Translations under genes and position numbers: made by a program
Origin: Actinobacteria bacterium HGW-Actinobacteria-5
GTDB lineage: Bacteria; Actinomycetota; Actinomycetes; Propionibacteriales; Propionibacteriaceae
Direction of reading: 5' to 3'
NCBI GenBank assembly: GCA_002843035.1
Contig: PHEV01000003.1
Coordinates: 7,890-71,889, forward strand
Length of the DNA stretch: 64,000 nt
Shown here: positions 19,101 through 27,270 of the stretch, piece by piece
Position numbering within the stretch: position 1 is the stretch's first letter
How the letters are laid out: each line of letters starts with the position of its first letter
The notes under the pieces: generated by a model
Told to the model about the DNA's origin: nothing
The model's input: only the letters and a program-made list of their open reading frames with translations
Databases searched by the model: none

Positions 19101-21623
19101 GCGGGCGATGACGGTGTCGCCGGTGCTGGCCAGGTTGCCGTCGGGCAGGTCCACCGTTCGCCCGGCTGTCGTACCGGCGAGCCGTTCTGAGCGGGCACGC
19201 CGGTTGAGGTCTGCGACCAGCTCGCGGGTTGGGGCGAGCATGATCGAGTCCAGCCCGCCGGCACGGTCGGCGGACCAGGCGGCGAACAGATCATCGGCCA
19301 TGGTTGTTTCGTCACCGACGTGGACCCTGCGCTGGTCCAGGTAGAAGCCGAGCGCGGCGGTCTCGCCTTGCCGCAGCGACAACGACGCCATGCCTTCGGC
19401 CGGGTTGGAGAACCGGCGAAGCTCGGTGAGCCGCAGTGCCCCATGGCTGGCTTGGATGTCACGCAGCACTCCGCCGGCCCCGATCGCGGCCAGCTGCTGG
19501 TCGTCTCCGATCAGCCGCACACTGCCGCCTTGGTCCAGGATGAAGTCGACCGCCGCGTCCAGCGACAGGGTGTCGGCCATGCCTGCCTCGTCGATCACCA
19601 CCAGCGTCTTCGGCCCGATCCTCTTCTTCCACGATGCCGCAGCACCGTGACCCAGGTCCCAGATCAGCTTGGCCAGCGTGTCCGTCTTCCCGACGAGCTG
19701 GTCGCCGAGCCCGGCCGCCGCCGCGGCCGACGGGGCGAGCCCGAGCACGTTCCCGCCGCCTTCGACCCACGCCCGCGATAAGGCGCTCATCGCGGTCGTC
19801 TTGCCGGATCCGGCGGGGGCGATCGCCATCTGCACCCGGGCCCCGGAGGTTGCCATTTCGCGCACCAGCAGCACCTGCCCGGGGTTGAGCGTGATCCCGT
19901 TCGCCTCAGACTCCAGCAGCGCCAGGTCGATCGCGGTGCCGGGAACGACCATGCCGCCCCGCCTCCCGGCCGCAGCCACAACCCGTCCCTCCGCGGCCAG
20001 TACTGCGGCGGAGGTGTACAGCTGGGACCCGGCGACGGTGTACACGCTGGACCCGTCGCTGCGCCGCAGCAGGTCAGGTTCGGACGGCTCACCGGCCACC
20101 GGACGCGAAAGCGCTTCGCACCGGGCGATCGCACGATCCACGATCGCCTCCACGGTCCGGTCCAGGTTGGCCGCGGGCACCTGCGCAACCCTGACCGCCC
20201 TCAGCGCCTCCGCGTGCAGGTGCCAGGTTTGCCAGCTGGATCGACCCGCCTGGACGTGAGCGACGACGGTCGCCGCAGCCTCTTCCAGCCACGCGTCGTC
20301 GAGCCGCGGACCAGCCTTGGCGTCCGGGCGGAGCACCAGATGGATCATCGCCTGGATCCGCCGCTCGCCGCCGAGCGCCTGGCGCGCCTGCTCCCACCAG
20401 GCGGCGCGCTGCTCTGCAAGGGTGCGCGGCTCGTGCTTGGCCTCCCTCGTCTCCAGGGTCGCCTGCTGGGCCAGCGCGATCGCTTCTACAGGGGTCGGTG
20501 GGCGTCCGTGGCTGCGCTGGAACTGTGCGGCCAGTTCACGCCGCCGGGCCTCGATGCTGTGCCGCCTGGTCGACCACAGCTCGTTGAGAGCCGGGTCGAC
20601 ACCAACCAGTTCCCGAACCGGCCGCTTCCTCGGATCACCACCTGCCCGGGCGGCGAAACGGACACCGAGCGCCTCAGCGAGGTGGCGCTCCAGTGAGCTG
20701 TTGTAGGTCTCCGAGGCGGTGACCGCAGCCTTGTGGAGGACCCGGCCGTCGATCGACAGCCAGCGTCCGTCGTCGAGGGTTTGAACCTTGTTCGCTACCG
20801 CCACATGCGTGTGCAGATCCGGGTCCCCGGCCCTGCTGTCACGGTGTGTGAACGCCGCGGCGACCAAGCCTCGGACCTCGACCTGACGTACACCGCCGTG
20901 CCCGGTCCGGGTGAACAGCGCGTTCTCCTCGATGAACCTGAGCGCGTCGGCGACAGCCTGCCGGTGGCACTTCTCGATGGTCGCGGCGGTCTGCTGATCT
21001 GCGAGCGCCCACAGTGTCGACACGGACTTCACCGGTGAGAAGGTGAGGTCCCAGCCGGCCACAGCGGTTGTCTGCTGCCGGGACAGTTTTGCGATGTGCC
21101 CGGCGAGTTCCCGCTCATCCAGAGGGTCACGGCCGCGCTCGGCGCGGAACATCTCAAGCCCGACTTCGGTGCGGATCCGTGCCCGATCCTCGATCGCGAC
21201 CGACGCCTTGCGGGGCAGTCCGCGCTCCTTGTTCAACGCCTCCAGCCGTCGGGCAACCTCGATCCGGAAGGGAGACACGTCGTTGTCGTACACGTTGAAC
21301 GGCTGACCTAGCCGGGTGGCTTCGACGTAGTCCTTCTCGGTCAGGCCGCGGCCGGTCAGGGCCGCCTTCCGCTCAGCGGCGAGTGGGTGGTGGCCCGACC
21401 CGTACAGCGCCTGCATCTGTCCAGATGTCACCAAGTCGCCGGCGTTCAGGCCGTCGATCCCGGCCATGCCGGAGCCCATCCACTCCCCGGGCGTCTCGCC
21501 CTTCTCGGTGTAGTAGGACGCCAGCCCAGTGTGTCCCTTCTCGGTGGAGTCCATGGCCGCCACCTGCCGGGTCAGGTAGTCGTAGCCGGACCCGGCGGTG
21601 ATCCTGTGCAGGCTCATGGTCAC
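16107..21623 (-). CDS. traA: MOBF (TrwC/TraA-type) relaxase fused to a RecD-like helicase and a C-terminal DnaG-type Toprim primase
   Basis: N-terminus is MSLHRITAGSGYDYLTRQ...LASYYTEKGE, with the His triad DPDLHTHVAVANK. The helicase part has APAGSGKTT, VVIDEAGM, LIGDDQQL and TTHTAQG. The primase part has PKYLNT, VLVEGPMDAIAV and VVATDADLAGR. Confidence 0.9.
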   Translation of the reverse strand: MTMSLHRITAGSGYDYLTRQVAAMDSTEKGHTGLASYYTEKGETPGEWMGSGMAGIDGLNAGDLVTSGQMQALYGSGHHPLAAERKAALTGRGLTEKDYVEATRLGQPFNVYDNDVSPFRIEVARRLEALNKERGLPRKASVAIEDRARIRTEVGLEMFRAERGRDPLDERELAGHIAKLSRQQTTAVAGWDLTFSPVKSVSTLWALADQQTAATIEKCHRQAVADALRFIEENALFTRTGHGGVRQVEVRGLVAAAFTHRDSRAGDPDLHTHVAVANKVQTLDDGRWLSIDGRVLHKAAVTASETYNSSLERHLAEALGVRFAARAGGDPRKRPVRELVGVDPALNELWSTRRHSIEARRRELAAQFQRSHGRPPTPVEAIALAQQATLETREAKHEPRTLAEQRAAWWEQARQALGGERRIQAMIHLVLRPDAKAGPRLDDAWLEEAAATVVAHVQAGRSSWQTWHLHAEALRAVRVAQVPAANLDRTVEAIVDRAIARCEALSRPVAGEPSEPDLLRRSDGSSVYTVAGSQLYTSAAVLAAEGRVVAAAGRRGGMVVPGTAIDLALLESEANGITLNPGQVLLVREMATSGARVQMAIAPAGSGKTTAMSALSRAWVEGGGNVLGLAPSAAAAAGLGDQLVGKTDTLAKLIWDLGHGAAASWKKRIGPKTLVVIDEAGMADTLSLDAAVDFILDQGGSVRLIGDDQQLAAIGAGGVLRDIQASHGALRLTELRRFSNPAEGMASLSLRQGETAALGFYLDQRRVHVGDETTMADDLFAAWSADRAGGLDSIMLAPTRELVADLNRRARSERLAGTTAGRTVDLPDGNLASTGDTVIARLNKRSLKLTATDWVKNGDRFEVMKVHRNGAIRARHLQSGRHIVLPADYVSEQVELGYACTTHTAQGVTADTMHGLLTGAESRQQAYTMLTRGRDANHAYVVVVGDGDEHTVIRPETLNPLSPTDMLERILARDESPVSATTQLRRAGDPRLLLGDACARYSDALGFAATHVAGDIGVRALERAVDDALPRLTQAATWSALRAQLLMVQADQRDPVEALARACAEPLTTAHDPCSVLAWRVAAAEWRGDRGPLPWLSRVPGQLAEHPTWGPYLAARSDLIAELADQVRTNTAQSATQPDWVAGTTGHPSAHLVADIEVWRAATLVPPSDTRPTGERRHGLAEARWQTHLETRLASTQTAALAEWSPLLNRIEPAVVVDDFAPVLAARLSQLSSSGVDAGRLLRAAASEGPLPDDHAAAALWWRLAKHLAPAVAQAVDTDHHISTAWLDDFTGRVGDISRDLQSSPWWPSLVTSIERGLQRGWPLERLLQETQTLTDAGHTDLCQAWVWRLSLLTDSHEQAEEDRDDPGQAPPADLYDGWEPSGPVVDAIADPAPMPSGEPAIDEPPVRYDEGDLTADDEQVLTIEGMIRRTMGAPDTTDADVRRMMERGDAIAESPVPAARLTQINELTATYYQRCLPGSWAEPYLTHRLRTDTTALDAVRAGYAPDGWTGLVSHLRRHGVTDTEMLTSGVAQTASTGRLIDRFRDRAVVPIVHDGAVLGFVARRNPGHSDDDNRGPKYLNTATTPVFNKGDQLYIAGSLEAGQTPVLVEGPMDAIAVTLAGGGRHVGVAPLGTSLTEQQVAQLHRAGRAPVVATDADLAGRVAAERDYWLLAMYNLNPTYAELPDGADPADLVATGQAETLNQAIANARPLGETLIDERLANLEGAESALDAVRVLAAQPPDQWTSGAQHIAEQTGLPSALIRSSLASMVRAWNANPRRAAEQAAYQASQVKDRLSAAATAQAARRNPEAATPPHPAEPRIEPAHTPTRSQRPGVER

Positions 21624-21758
21624 GTCCCCTTACGCCTGCACAGACACGCGATCCGGACAGATTGGCGCCACCAATTCCAGCGAAACCTCCCCCTGCTGCG
21701 GCGAAACGACGCTGACTAGGAGGTTCACGGTTCGCCGGTTCCGGCCAGTGCGCATGCC
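21624..21758. other. candidate oriT / relaxase promoter region
   Basis: This is the non-coding stretch directly upstream of the relaxase. It contains the inverted repeat ATTGGcgccaCCAAT (21661-21675) and two GCGAAAC direct repeats. No nic site can be assigned. Confidence 0.25.
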
Positions 21759-21864
21759 GAGATCCCGTCAGAAGGGATTCATGCCCTGACTGGTACCTGT
21801 TCGTGTTCAGGGTTTGTAAGTAGAGCGCGCAGTCTGGTCGCGGGGATGGTGAAGCGCGGGGGCT

Positions 21865-22515
21865 TTAGCGGCAGGCGTGCTTGCCGATGGACACTTCGAG
21901 TGGTTCGACTTCGGGGTGGAGGTTGCTTTGGATGCCGAGGGTGATGCACTCGTTGGCTGTGGCGGTGAGGATGCCGCCTAGGAAGCCGGTGTAGGAGCCG
22001 TTGCACGATTCGAATCGGGCGGCCTTGGCGAGGTAGGGCGCGAGTGACCATCCGGGTGGTCCGGTCCACACGGTGGCGGGCACCCAGGCGAGTGTTGGGT
22101 CGCCGTGGATGAGCGTGATTTCGGCCCAGGTGACGCCGTTGCTGAGGTAGATCGGTGACTTGGTGAAGTACTGGGGTGCGTCGGCTGGGAGGTGGAGGTC
22201 GCCCTCGGTTGCCGGGATCGGGTCGAAGCCGGCTTTGCTGAGTGAGTCGAAGCCGACCCCGGCTGGGGTGAAGGCGACTGGGGTCGATCCGCTGGGTTGG
22301 GTGGCGTAGGCGTCGGCACAGAGCAGGCTGCCGGGCTTCGCTGTCGGGGTGGGAGCGGTGACCTAGGTCGGCGGCGCGGAGCTGCCCGGGCGGCTGGGTG
22401 GCGGGGCTGAAGGTGTGGTGATCGTGCAGGCGGCGATCAGGGGGAGCATGGCGGTGAGCATGGTCGCCGCTCGCGCGCGCCGGCGACGGTTTGGGGCGGT
22501 GGGGTCCGGTCTCAT
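21865..22515 (-). pseudogene. lipoprotein gene interrupted by one in-frame TAG (22363-22365)
   Basis: The ATG at 22515 gives MRPDPTAPNRRRRARAATMLTAMLPLIAAC, an Arg-rich n-region plus lipobox. A TAG occurs after codon 50. The same frame then continues without further stops to TAA at 21865-21867, and ORF 21865..22083 is its tail. Confidence 0.7.
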
Positions 22516-22659
22516 TGCTGTCTCCGCGTCGTTCGGCCTTGACCCGACTGTCGCTCATCGGGCGGTCGGTGTAAACACCGGCTGGCGGTGTCGGCACCGG
22601 TTTGGGAACGCGGGCTGGGTTTCGTTCGCCTGAAGGGTCTTGGTTGCCGCGGCGTGTTC

Positions 22660-24192
22660 CTAGCGGTTGGTGCCGGCGAGTGGGGTGTGGGCGCCGGCGG
22701 CGTAGCGCTGCCAGGTGTTGCCGGCTTCGGCTGCGATCTTCTCGGCGTGTTCGGCCTTGTAGCCGAGGAGGGGTGCGATGACGGCGGGTGGGGCTTGGAG
22801 GACGAGTTCGCGCAGTGCCCTGGAGCGGCCGGAGGCGTTGGGGATACCGAGGCGTTGGAGGTGGGCGCGGATGCCGGTGGGCTGGATGGGGTGGCCGGCG
22901 AGCCGGCCGGGGAAGAGCCAGTCGCTGCCGGTGTTCGCGGCGGGTGCGATGGTGGTGGCGTGTTCGACGAGGTGGGCACGGATGAGGGTGTCGAAGGGTG
23001 CCGGGACGGCCACGGCGGTGCCGGCGAGGTTGATGGTGAGGTCGTCGGGGCCGTCGGTGATGTCGGGCCGGCGCAGCGCGAGGATGCGTTGCAGAGGTTG
23101 GGCGTAGAGCAGGATCAGGGTGGCGACGACCCGGTCGACGGTGGGGATGGCCGGATCGTTGAGCACCCTGCGGAGGATCTCGAGGCGGCGTTGTTGGCTG
23201 ATCACCGCCGCAGGGTTGTCCCTGACGCGTGGGAGTCGCAGGCGGGGTGCGATCCGGGTACGGATGGCCCAGCTGAGGAAGTCTCGCGCGGTGGAGGTGT
23301 CGGACCAGGTGGCGGTCACCAGCCATGCGTCGAGGTGGGCTTGGGTGCAGCGTTCGAGGGGTCGGCCGGCGGCCTGCAGGTCGGTCAGGAATGCGGCGGC
23401 GACCCGGAGTTGGCGTCGGGCGGTCTGTTCCCGGTAGGGGCCGATGGTGCCGTTGGTGGCGGCGTTGCGGAGGTGGCGGTGGACGTGCCATTTGGCGTAG
23501 CGGGTGAGGATTTGGCGGTGGTCGGGATCGGGGATGGTGGCGAGCCAGCCGGGGAGCCAGCGTTCGAACCGGTCGAGGTAATGGTCGTAGTCGGGCAGGT
23601 TGCCGGCAGCGACGAGCAGCCGGCGGACGTAGGAGCCTGAGCGGGCTGGGGTGAGGCTGGTGATGCCGTCATGGGTGAGGGGGACTTGTCCGGTCGCGAT
23701 CTTGTGCAGCAGGGGCTGGACGTGCGGTTTGTTGAGCCACAGGATTCCGGTGCGGGGCCTGGGCATCGCGATGATCCGGTCGTAGAAGGGTTGGAGTTCG
23801 GGCCGGATCCGGCCGGTGCCGTCGTCGAGGGCGGTGGTGAGCTTGTCGCCGAGCACGCACCAGCCGCACGTCTGTTTGTGTTCCAGCCAGCCTTCCCGGC
23901 CGCAGCGGGTACAGGCCTGGCTGGGGATGCCGGCGCAGTCGGAGCACCACAGTTCGCCGGTGGGACCGCGGCCGGGCAGGAGGCGGTGGGTGTCGCAGCG
24001 TTGGCAGGTTCCGAAGGTTTCGGTGGCGGTGGCGTAGCAGCCCGAGCAGATCCTGCCGTCGGGCCAGTTGCGGATCAGGGTGATGATCTTTCCGCGGGCC
24101 GGTGAGGGTTCACGGGTGGCCAGTCGTGCGGGTCGGTGGCAGCGGGCGCACTTCAGGTTGCCGGGGTCAATGACCCGTGGCCGCGGGCTCAC
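22660..24192 (-). CDS. Cys-rich (zinc-ribbon) N-terminus plus tyrosine-recombinase-like C-terminal domain
   Basis: The GTG at 24192 overlaps the upstream TGA (GTGA). Several CxxC pairs are present (CARCH, CSGCY, CQRCD, CSDC, CTRCG, CGWC). The C-terminal fold is integrase-like, but the catalytic residues are not all evident. The listed 635-aa ORF N-terminus overlaps the HTH gene and is rejected. Confidence 0.65.
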   Translation of the reverse strand: MSPRPRVIDPGNLKCARCHRPARLATREPSPARGKIITLIRNWPDGRICSGCYATATETFGTCQRCDTHRLLPGRGPTGELWCSDCAGIPSQACTRCGREGWLEHKQTCGWCVLGDKLTTALDDGTGRIRPELQPFYDRIIAMPRPRTGILWLNKPHVQPLLHKIATGQVPLTHDGITSLTPARSGSYVRRLLVAAGNLPDYDHYLDRFERWLPGWLATIPDPDHRQILTRYAKWHVHRHLRNAATNGTIGPYREQTARRQLRVAAAFLTDLQAAGRPLERCTQAHLDAWLVTATWSDTSTARDFLSWAIRTRIAPRLRLPRVRDNPAAVISQQRRLEILRRVLNDPAIPTVDRVVATLILLYAQPLQRILALRRPDITDGPDDLTINLAGTAVAVPAPFDTLIRAHLVEHATTIAPAANTGSDWLFPGRLAGHPIQPTGIRAHLQRLGIPNASGRSRALRELVLQAPPAVIAPLLGYKAEHAEKIAAEAGNTWQRYAAGAHTPLAGTNR

Positions 24193-24536
24193 CGCTGGTC
24201 GGTATCGTGCACGACCTGGGCACGGATCGGCCGGACCCGGTCCCCGCGCGGGGTGGGCGCATCGTTGACGACCTTGCGGGAGGGCACGTTCGCGGACTCG
24301 ACCAGGATCAGCTCGTCCGGAGTGGTGGCGAGGATGTCGCACAAGGCGGCCAGAACGGTCAGATTGAGCCGTTCCGGCGGTGTGGTGACCAGCCGGTGAA
24401 CCTGTGAGGTGGACAGGTGCACACCCCGTTCGGCGAGCGGTTCGACCAGGTCGGTGGTGGCGAACATCCCGGCCTGGGCCATCACCTGCCGGAGCCGCCA
24501 GGTGTAAGAAACGACGCGTCGTTGACGGGTCATCAC
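24189..24536 (-). CDS. XRE-family helix-turn-helix protein
   Basis: ATGA overlap with the upstream recombinase stop. HTH segment is TTDLVEPLAERGVHLSTSQVHRLV. Confidence 0.7.
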   Translation of the reverse strand: MMTRQRRVVSYTWRLRQVMAQAGMFATTDLVEPLAERGVHLSTSQVHRLVTTPPERLNLTVLAALCDILATTPDELILVESANVPSRKVVNDAPTPRGDRVRPIRAQVVHDTDQR

Positions 24537-25666
24537 AGTCCTTTCCGTGCGGTTGCGGGCGAGTCATCGAGGACCTCGCCGACCAGGGCGTCCAAGGCCC
24601 GGCGCAGTGTCCGGGTCCGGTAGTCGGATGAGACGCAGGTGTAGAGAGCCGTGGTCGAGGCGTGTTCGTGGCCGACCTGTTCCTGCACGAACCGGGCGTC
24701 CCAGCCGTCCTCGATCAGGTGGGTCACGTACGAACGGCGCAGCGAGTGGAAGTCCAGCACGGGGTCCAGACCGATCGCGGTCCGTGCCTGGCGCAGCAGC
24801 GCGTCCACCGACGGCGACGTGATCCTGATCGCACGCTCCGACGGCCACGCGGCCGGGCCGTCACTGGCCAGGAAGGGCCGGACCTCGCCGAACCACTGCT
24901 CCAATACGGGCACCACCCACGGCCACACCGTGAGCACGCTGCGGCGTTTCGGCGGCGAGCCGCGCTGAGCCTTGCCGTAGCGCACGTACAAGGCGCCGTA
25001 GTTCCCGAACTCCGACGCCGCAGGGTTCGGCCCGAAGTCGACCACGTCCAGCATCCTGGTCTCGGTCCTTCGCAGCCCGAACGCGTACGCGGTCTTCAAC
25101 ATGGTCGCGTCCCGGAACGCCGGCAGCCAGCCCTTGCGACCGGCCATGCGTCGCTGCTCAACCTGGTCGTCGGCCCAGTCGAACAGCGCCTGTAACTCGG
25201 GCCGGGTGAACGCCCGCTTCCGAGGCTGGGACTCCACGTCGGCCACGTGCGCGGCCGCGTTGACGTCGTTGATCAGCTGGATCGGGTGAGTGCCGAACCG
25301 ACGCTCGCATTCCTCGGCCCACCCGTAAGCCGGGTCGGTGACGTACCGGCAGAAACCGCGCAGCGCGACCTGGTAGGAACGCACCGTGCTGTTTGCTATG
25401 TGGCGCACCGAACGTAGGTCAGCGAACCACTCATCAGACATTGCGGCCGTCCACAACCACGGCCACACGTCGTGGTGAGCCTTGAACACCCGCACCACGC
25501 GGACCGCCGCAACGATCGTCGATTCGGCCAAGTTCCTGGCGAGCATCTGGTTCCGCCAGCCCTCGATCATCCCCTCGAACACCTGCGTCTCCGGGTGCAG
25601 TAACGGCACGCCAGCAGGCAGCACCAGCTGCATCGAGCCCGCCGGTGACCCCGCCCTTCGCGCCAC
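24533..25666 (-). CDS. tyrosine recombinase (XerC/D-like integrase)
   Basis: N-terminal SAM-like core-binding domain. Catalytic motifs are GLRRTE (Arg), HSLRRSYVTHL (HxxR) and GHEHASTTALYT (His...Tyr). Confidence 0.85.
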   Translation of the reverse strand: MARRAGSPAGSMQLVLPAGVPLLHPETQVFEGMIEGWRNQMLARNLAESTIVAAVRVVRVFKAHHDVWPWLWTAAMSDEWFADLRSVRHIANSTVRSYQVALRGFCRYVTDPAYGWAEECERRFGTHPIQLINDVNAAAHVADVESQPRKRAFTRPELQALFDWADDQVEQRRMAGRKGWLPAFRDATMLKTAYAFGLRRTETRMLDVVDFGPNPAASEFGNYGALYVRYGKAQRGSPPKRRSVLTVWPWVVPVLEQWFGEVRPFLASDGPAAWPSERAIRITSPSVDALLRQARTAIGLDPVLDFHSLRRSYVTHLIEDGWDARFVQEQVGHEHASTTALYTCVSSDYRTRTLRRALDALVGEVLDDSPATARKGL

Positions 25667-25703
25667 AACCTCACCCCATCAGCATCGCGTCAGACGGGAC
25701 AAT

Positions 25704-25720
25704 ATCCCGTTTAACGGGAT
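25704..25720. promoter_or_regulatory. inverted repeat ATCCCGTttaACGGGAT (same half-site as the 22-bp flanking repeats)
   Basis: Perfect 7-bp arms located 38 bp upstream of the recombinase start. The nearby CCCATCAG (25675-25682) and CAGACGGGA (25691-25699) repeat pieces of the 25865-25886 site. Confidence 0.5.
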
Positions 25721-26096
25721 CGCGCAGCCGAGCGCGTAGCCAACCGCTGGTTCGTCGACAGCACTCGTCACGTCGAGCCGTGCGACCGCCAGCGACAGAA
25801 CACAACCGTCCCGCACCTGACCAGCACGGACGCCACGAACTCGCAGCCGATCAACAACGTTTGTGAGATCCCATCAGACGGGATTCGCAATGGTCTCGGC
25901 CTGGGTGCAAGAGGTGTGTGGGACTTGAACGGGGTCGATTTCGGGGGTTGGACGTGGCTGGTGGTGACGTGGCTCGGGTGGGTGCTGACGGCTGGGGTCG
26001 GGGGGACGTCGGGCGGGACTTTGGCTGGTGGTTGTCCGGATCGGGGTGGGGGTGCGGCTTACGGGTGCAGGAAGTTCGCTAGAGAGGAAGTTGCAG

Positions 26097-26405
26097 ATGG
26101 CTAAGCAGGCGTTGAAGCAGGCCGCGAGGATCAAGGTCCAGGAGGCGTTGGCGGCGAAGCAGCGGAAGCGGCTGGAGCGGGAGCGGCGCCAGGCTGCTCT
26201 GGCGGTTGATGTGTTGACCGCTGTCGCCGAGAGGGACGAGGCAGTCACGGTCACGGAGGCGGCGGCCGCCGCTGCGCTCCGGTCTCTGCTGGGGGAGGGG
26301 CTGAGCGTTGCGGAGGTGGTCGAGCTGTGCAGCGGCCAGGTCGACGTCAAGGAGGTTCAGCGGCTGTCGAGGATCGGGGTGGATCCGGCGGGGGCCGACC
26401 GGTGA
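26097..26405 (+). CDS. small hypothetical protein (Lys/Arg/Glu-rich coiled coil)
   Basis: SD gagaggaag is followed by the ATG at 26097. GC3 is high. Confidence 0.6.
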   Translation: MAKQALKQAARIKVQEALAAKQRKRLERERRQAALAVDVLTAVAERDEAVTVTEAAAAAALRSLLGEGLSVAEVVELCSGQVDVKEVQRLSRIGVDPAGADR

Positions 26406-27214
26406 CCAGGTGGCGGCGCGCCTGGGCTGGTTCTCAGCTCACTGGTGTCCTGTTCAGCTCGATGGTGTGGATCGTGGTGATCGCGACCCCGGTGCCGGTC
26501 GCGCCGGCACTGCTGGTGGTCGGGGTGGTGCTGGTTCTGGGCCGTGGCACGCGGTGGGGGCTGTGGTGGCGGTTCGGTGTTAGGCCGGCGACCGGATTCG
26601 AGCGGGACAAGGTGTGCGCCGCGATGGTGCCGATCGCCTCCTTGCGCGGCCGCCGGCAGCCGGCGGTCTGGGTTGGACGTCGGATGGGTGGCCGGGACGT
26701 GGTCATGGCCACCGCTCACGACCTGGTGCTCAGCGACCGGTTCGTGACGTGGGTTGCCACCGGGAAGCTCAGCGAGGACGAGACCTGCGCGGTGGTGAGC
26801 CACGCTCTCGGCCGGCAGGTGGTCGACTCCTCGGCGCTGGTGGCCAGCCTCGGCGCGTACTGCGGGCCGTGGCTGATCGTCGATCAGGTGCTTGGAGGGC
26901 TCGCCGCGGCCGCGGGGCGGGTGCCGCTGGCCCCGTTTGCGTGGAAGGTCCGCTGGGTTGTGTTCGGGGTGGCCGTCGTGGACTGCTACCTCAACCAGCG
27001 GTGGGCGGCGATGGTGCTGGTCGCCGTCTTCGCGGTGCTGAGCTGGTCGACCGGCTTCTTCGCTGCGCGCTGGTCGGTTGCCCTGGAGAGACTCGGCGAC
27101 CGACGTGTGATCGCCGAGGGCTTCGGGCCGACCTTGGCCACGATGCTTCGGCGCGGCAGCTGCGGGATCGCCCAGCAGGAGCGCGCCGAGCTGCTCAACC
27201 AGGGCCGGTCGTGA
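26402..27214 (+). CDS. polytopic membrane protein
   Basis: GTGA overlap at 26402. There are at least 4 hydrophobic helices. VVSHALGR is only a weak echo of a HExxH peptidase motif. Confidence 0.6.
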   Translation: MTRWRRAWAGSQLTGVLFSSMVWIVVIATPVPVAPALLVVGVVLVLGRGTRWGLWWRFGVRPATGFERDKVCAAMVPIASLRGRRQPAVWVGRRMGGRDVVMATAHDLVLSDRFVTWVATGKLSEDETCAVVSHALGRQVVDSSALVASLGAYCGPWLIVDQVLGGLAAAAGRVPLAPFAWKVRWVVFGVAVVDCYLNQRWAAMVLVAVFAVLSWSTGFFAARWSVALERLGDRRVIAEGFGPTLATMLRRGSCGIAQQERAELLNQGRS

Positions 27215-27270
27215 GCGGCCCTGGCGCACGCGTGCTGTCGGCCCGCGACCACGGGTAGGGGCGAGCGGCG

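Larger units (their letters stand above)
21759..25886. mobile_element. nested element of about 4.1 kb carrying two tyrosine-recombinase-like genes plus an HTH gene, bounded by 22-bp imperfect direct repeats
   Basis: GAGATCCCGTCAGAAGGGATTC (21759-21780) matches GAGATCCCATCAGACGGGATTC (25865-25886) at 20 of 22 positions. Each repeat has ATCCC/GGGAT inverted half-sites around a 7-bp spacer. Confidence 0.55.

Noticed and set aside
16396-21311. Numerous 60-290-aa ORFs on both strands inside the relaxase gene
   Set aside because: All are Arg/Pro/Gly-rich shadow frames of a gene whose own frame carries clear relaxase, helicase and primase motifs.
21779-23491. 570-aa minus-strand ORF
   Set aside because: Composition is extreme Pro/Arg/Thr/His. 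The ORF overlaps the lipoprotein pseudogene and the recombinase-like gene in other frames. It is a typical high-GC shadow ORF.
24193-24567. N-terminal 125 codons of ORF 22660..24567
   Set aside because: They overlap the XRE HTH gene in another frame and have junk composition. A GTG at 24192 gives a GTGA-coupled start.
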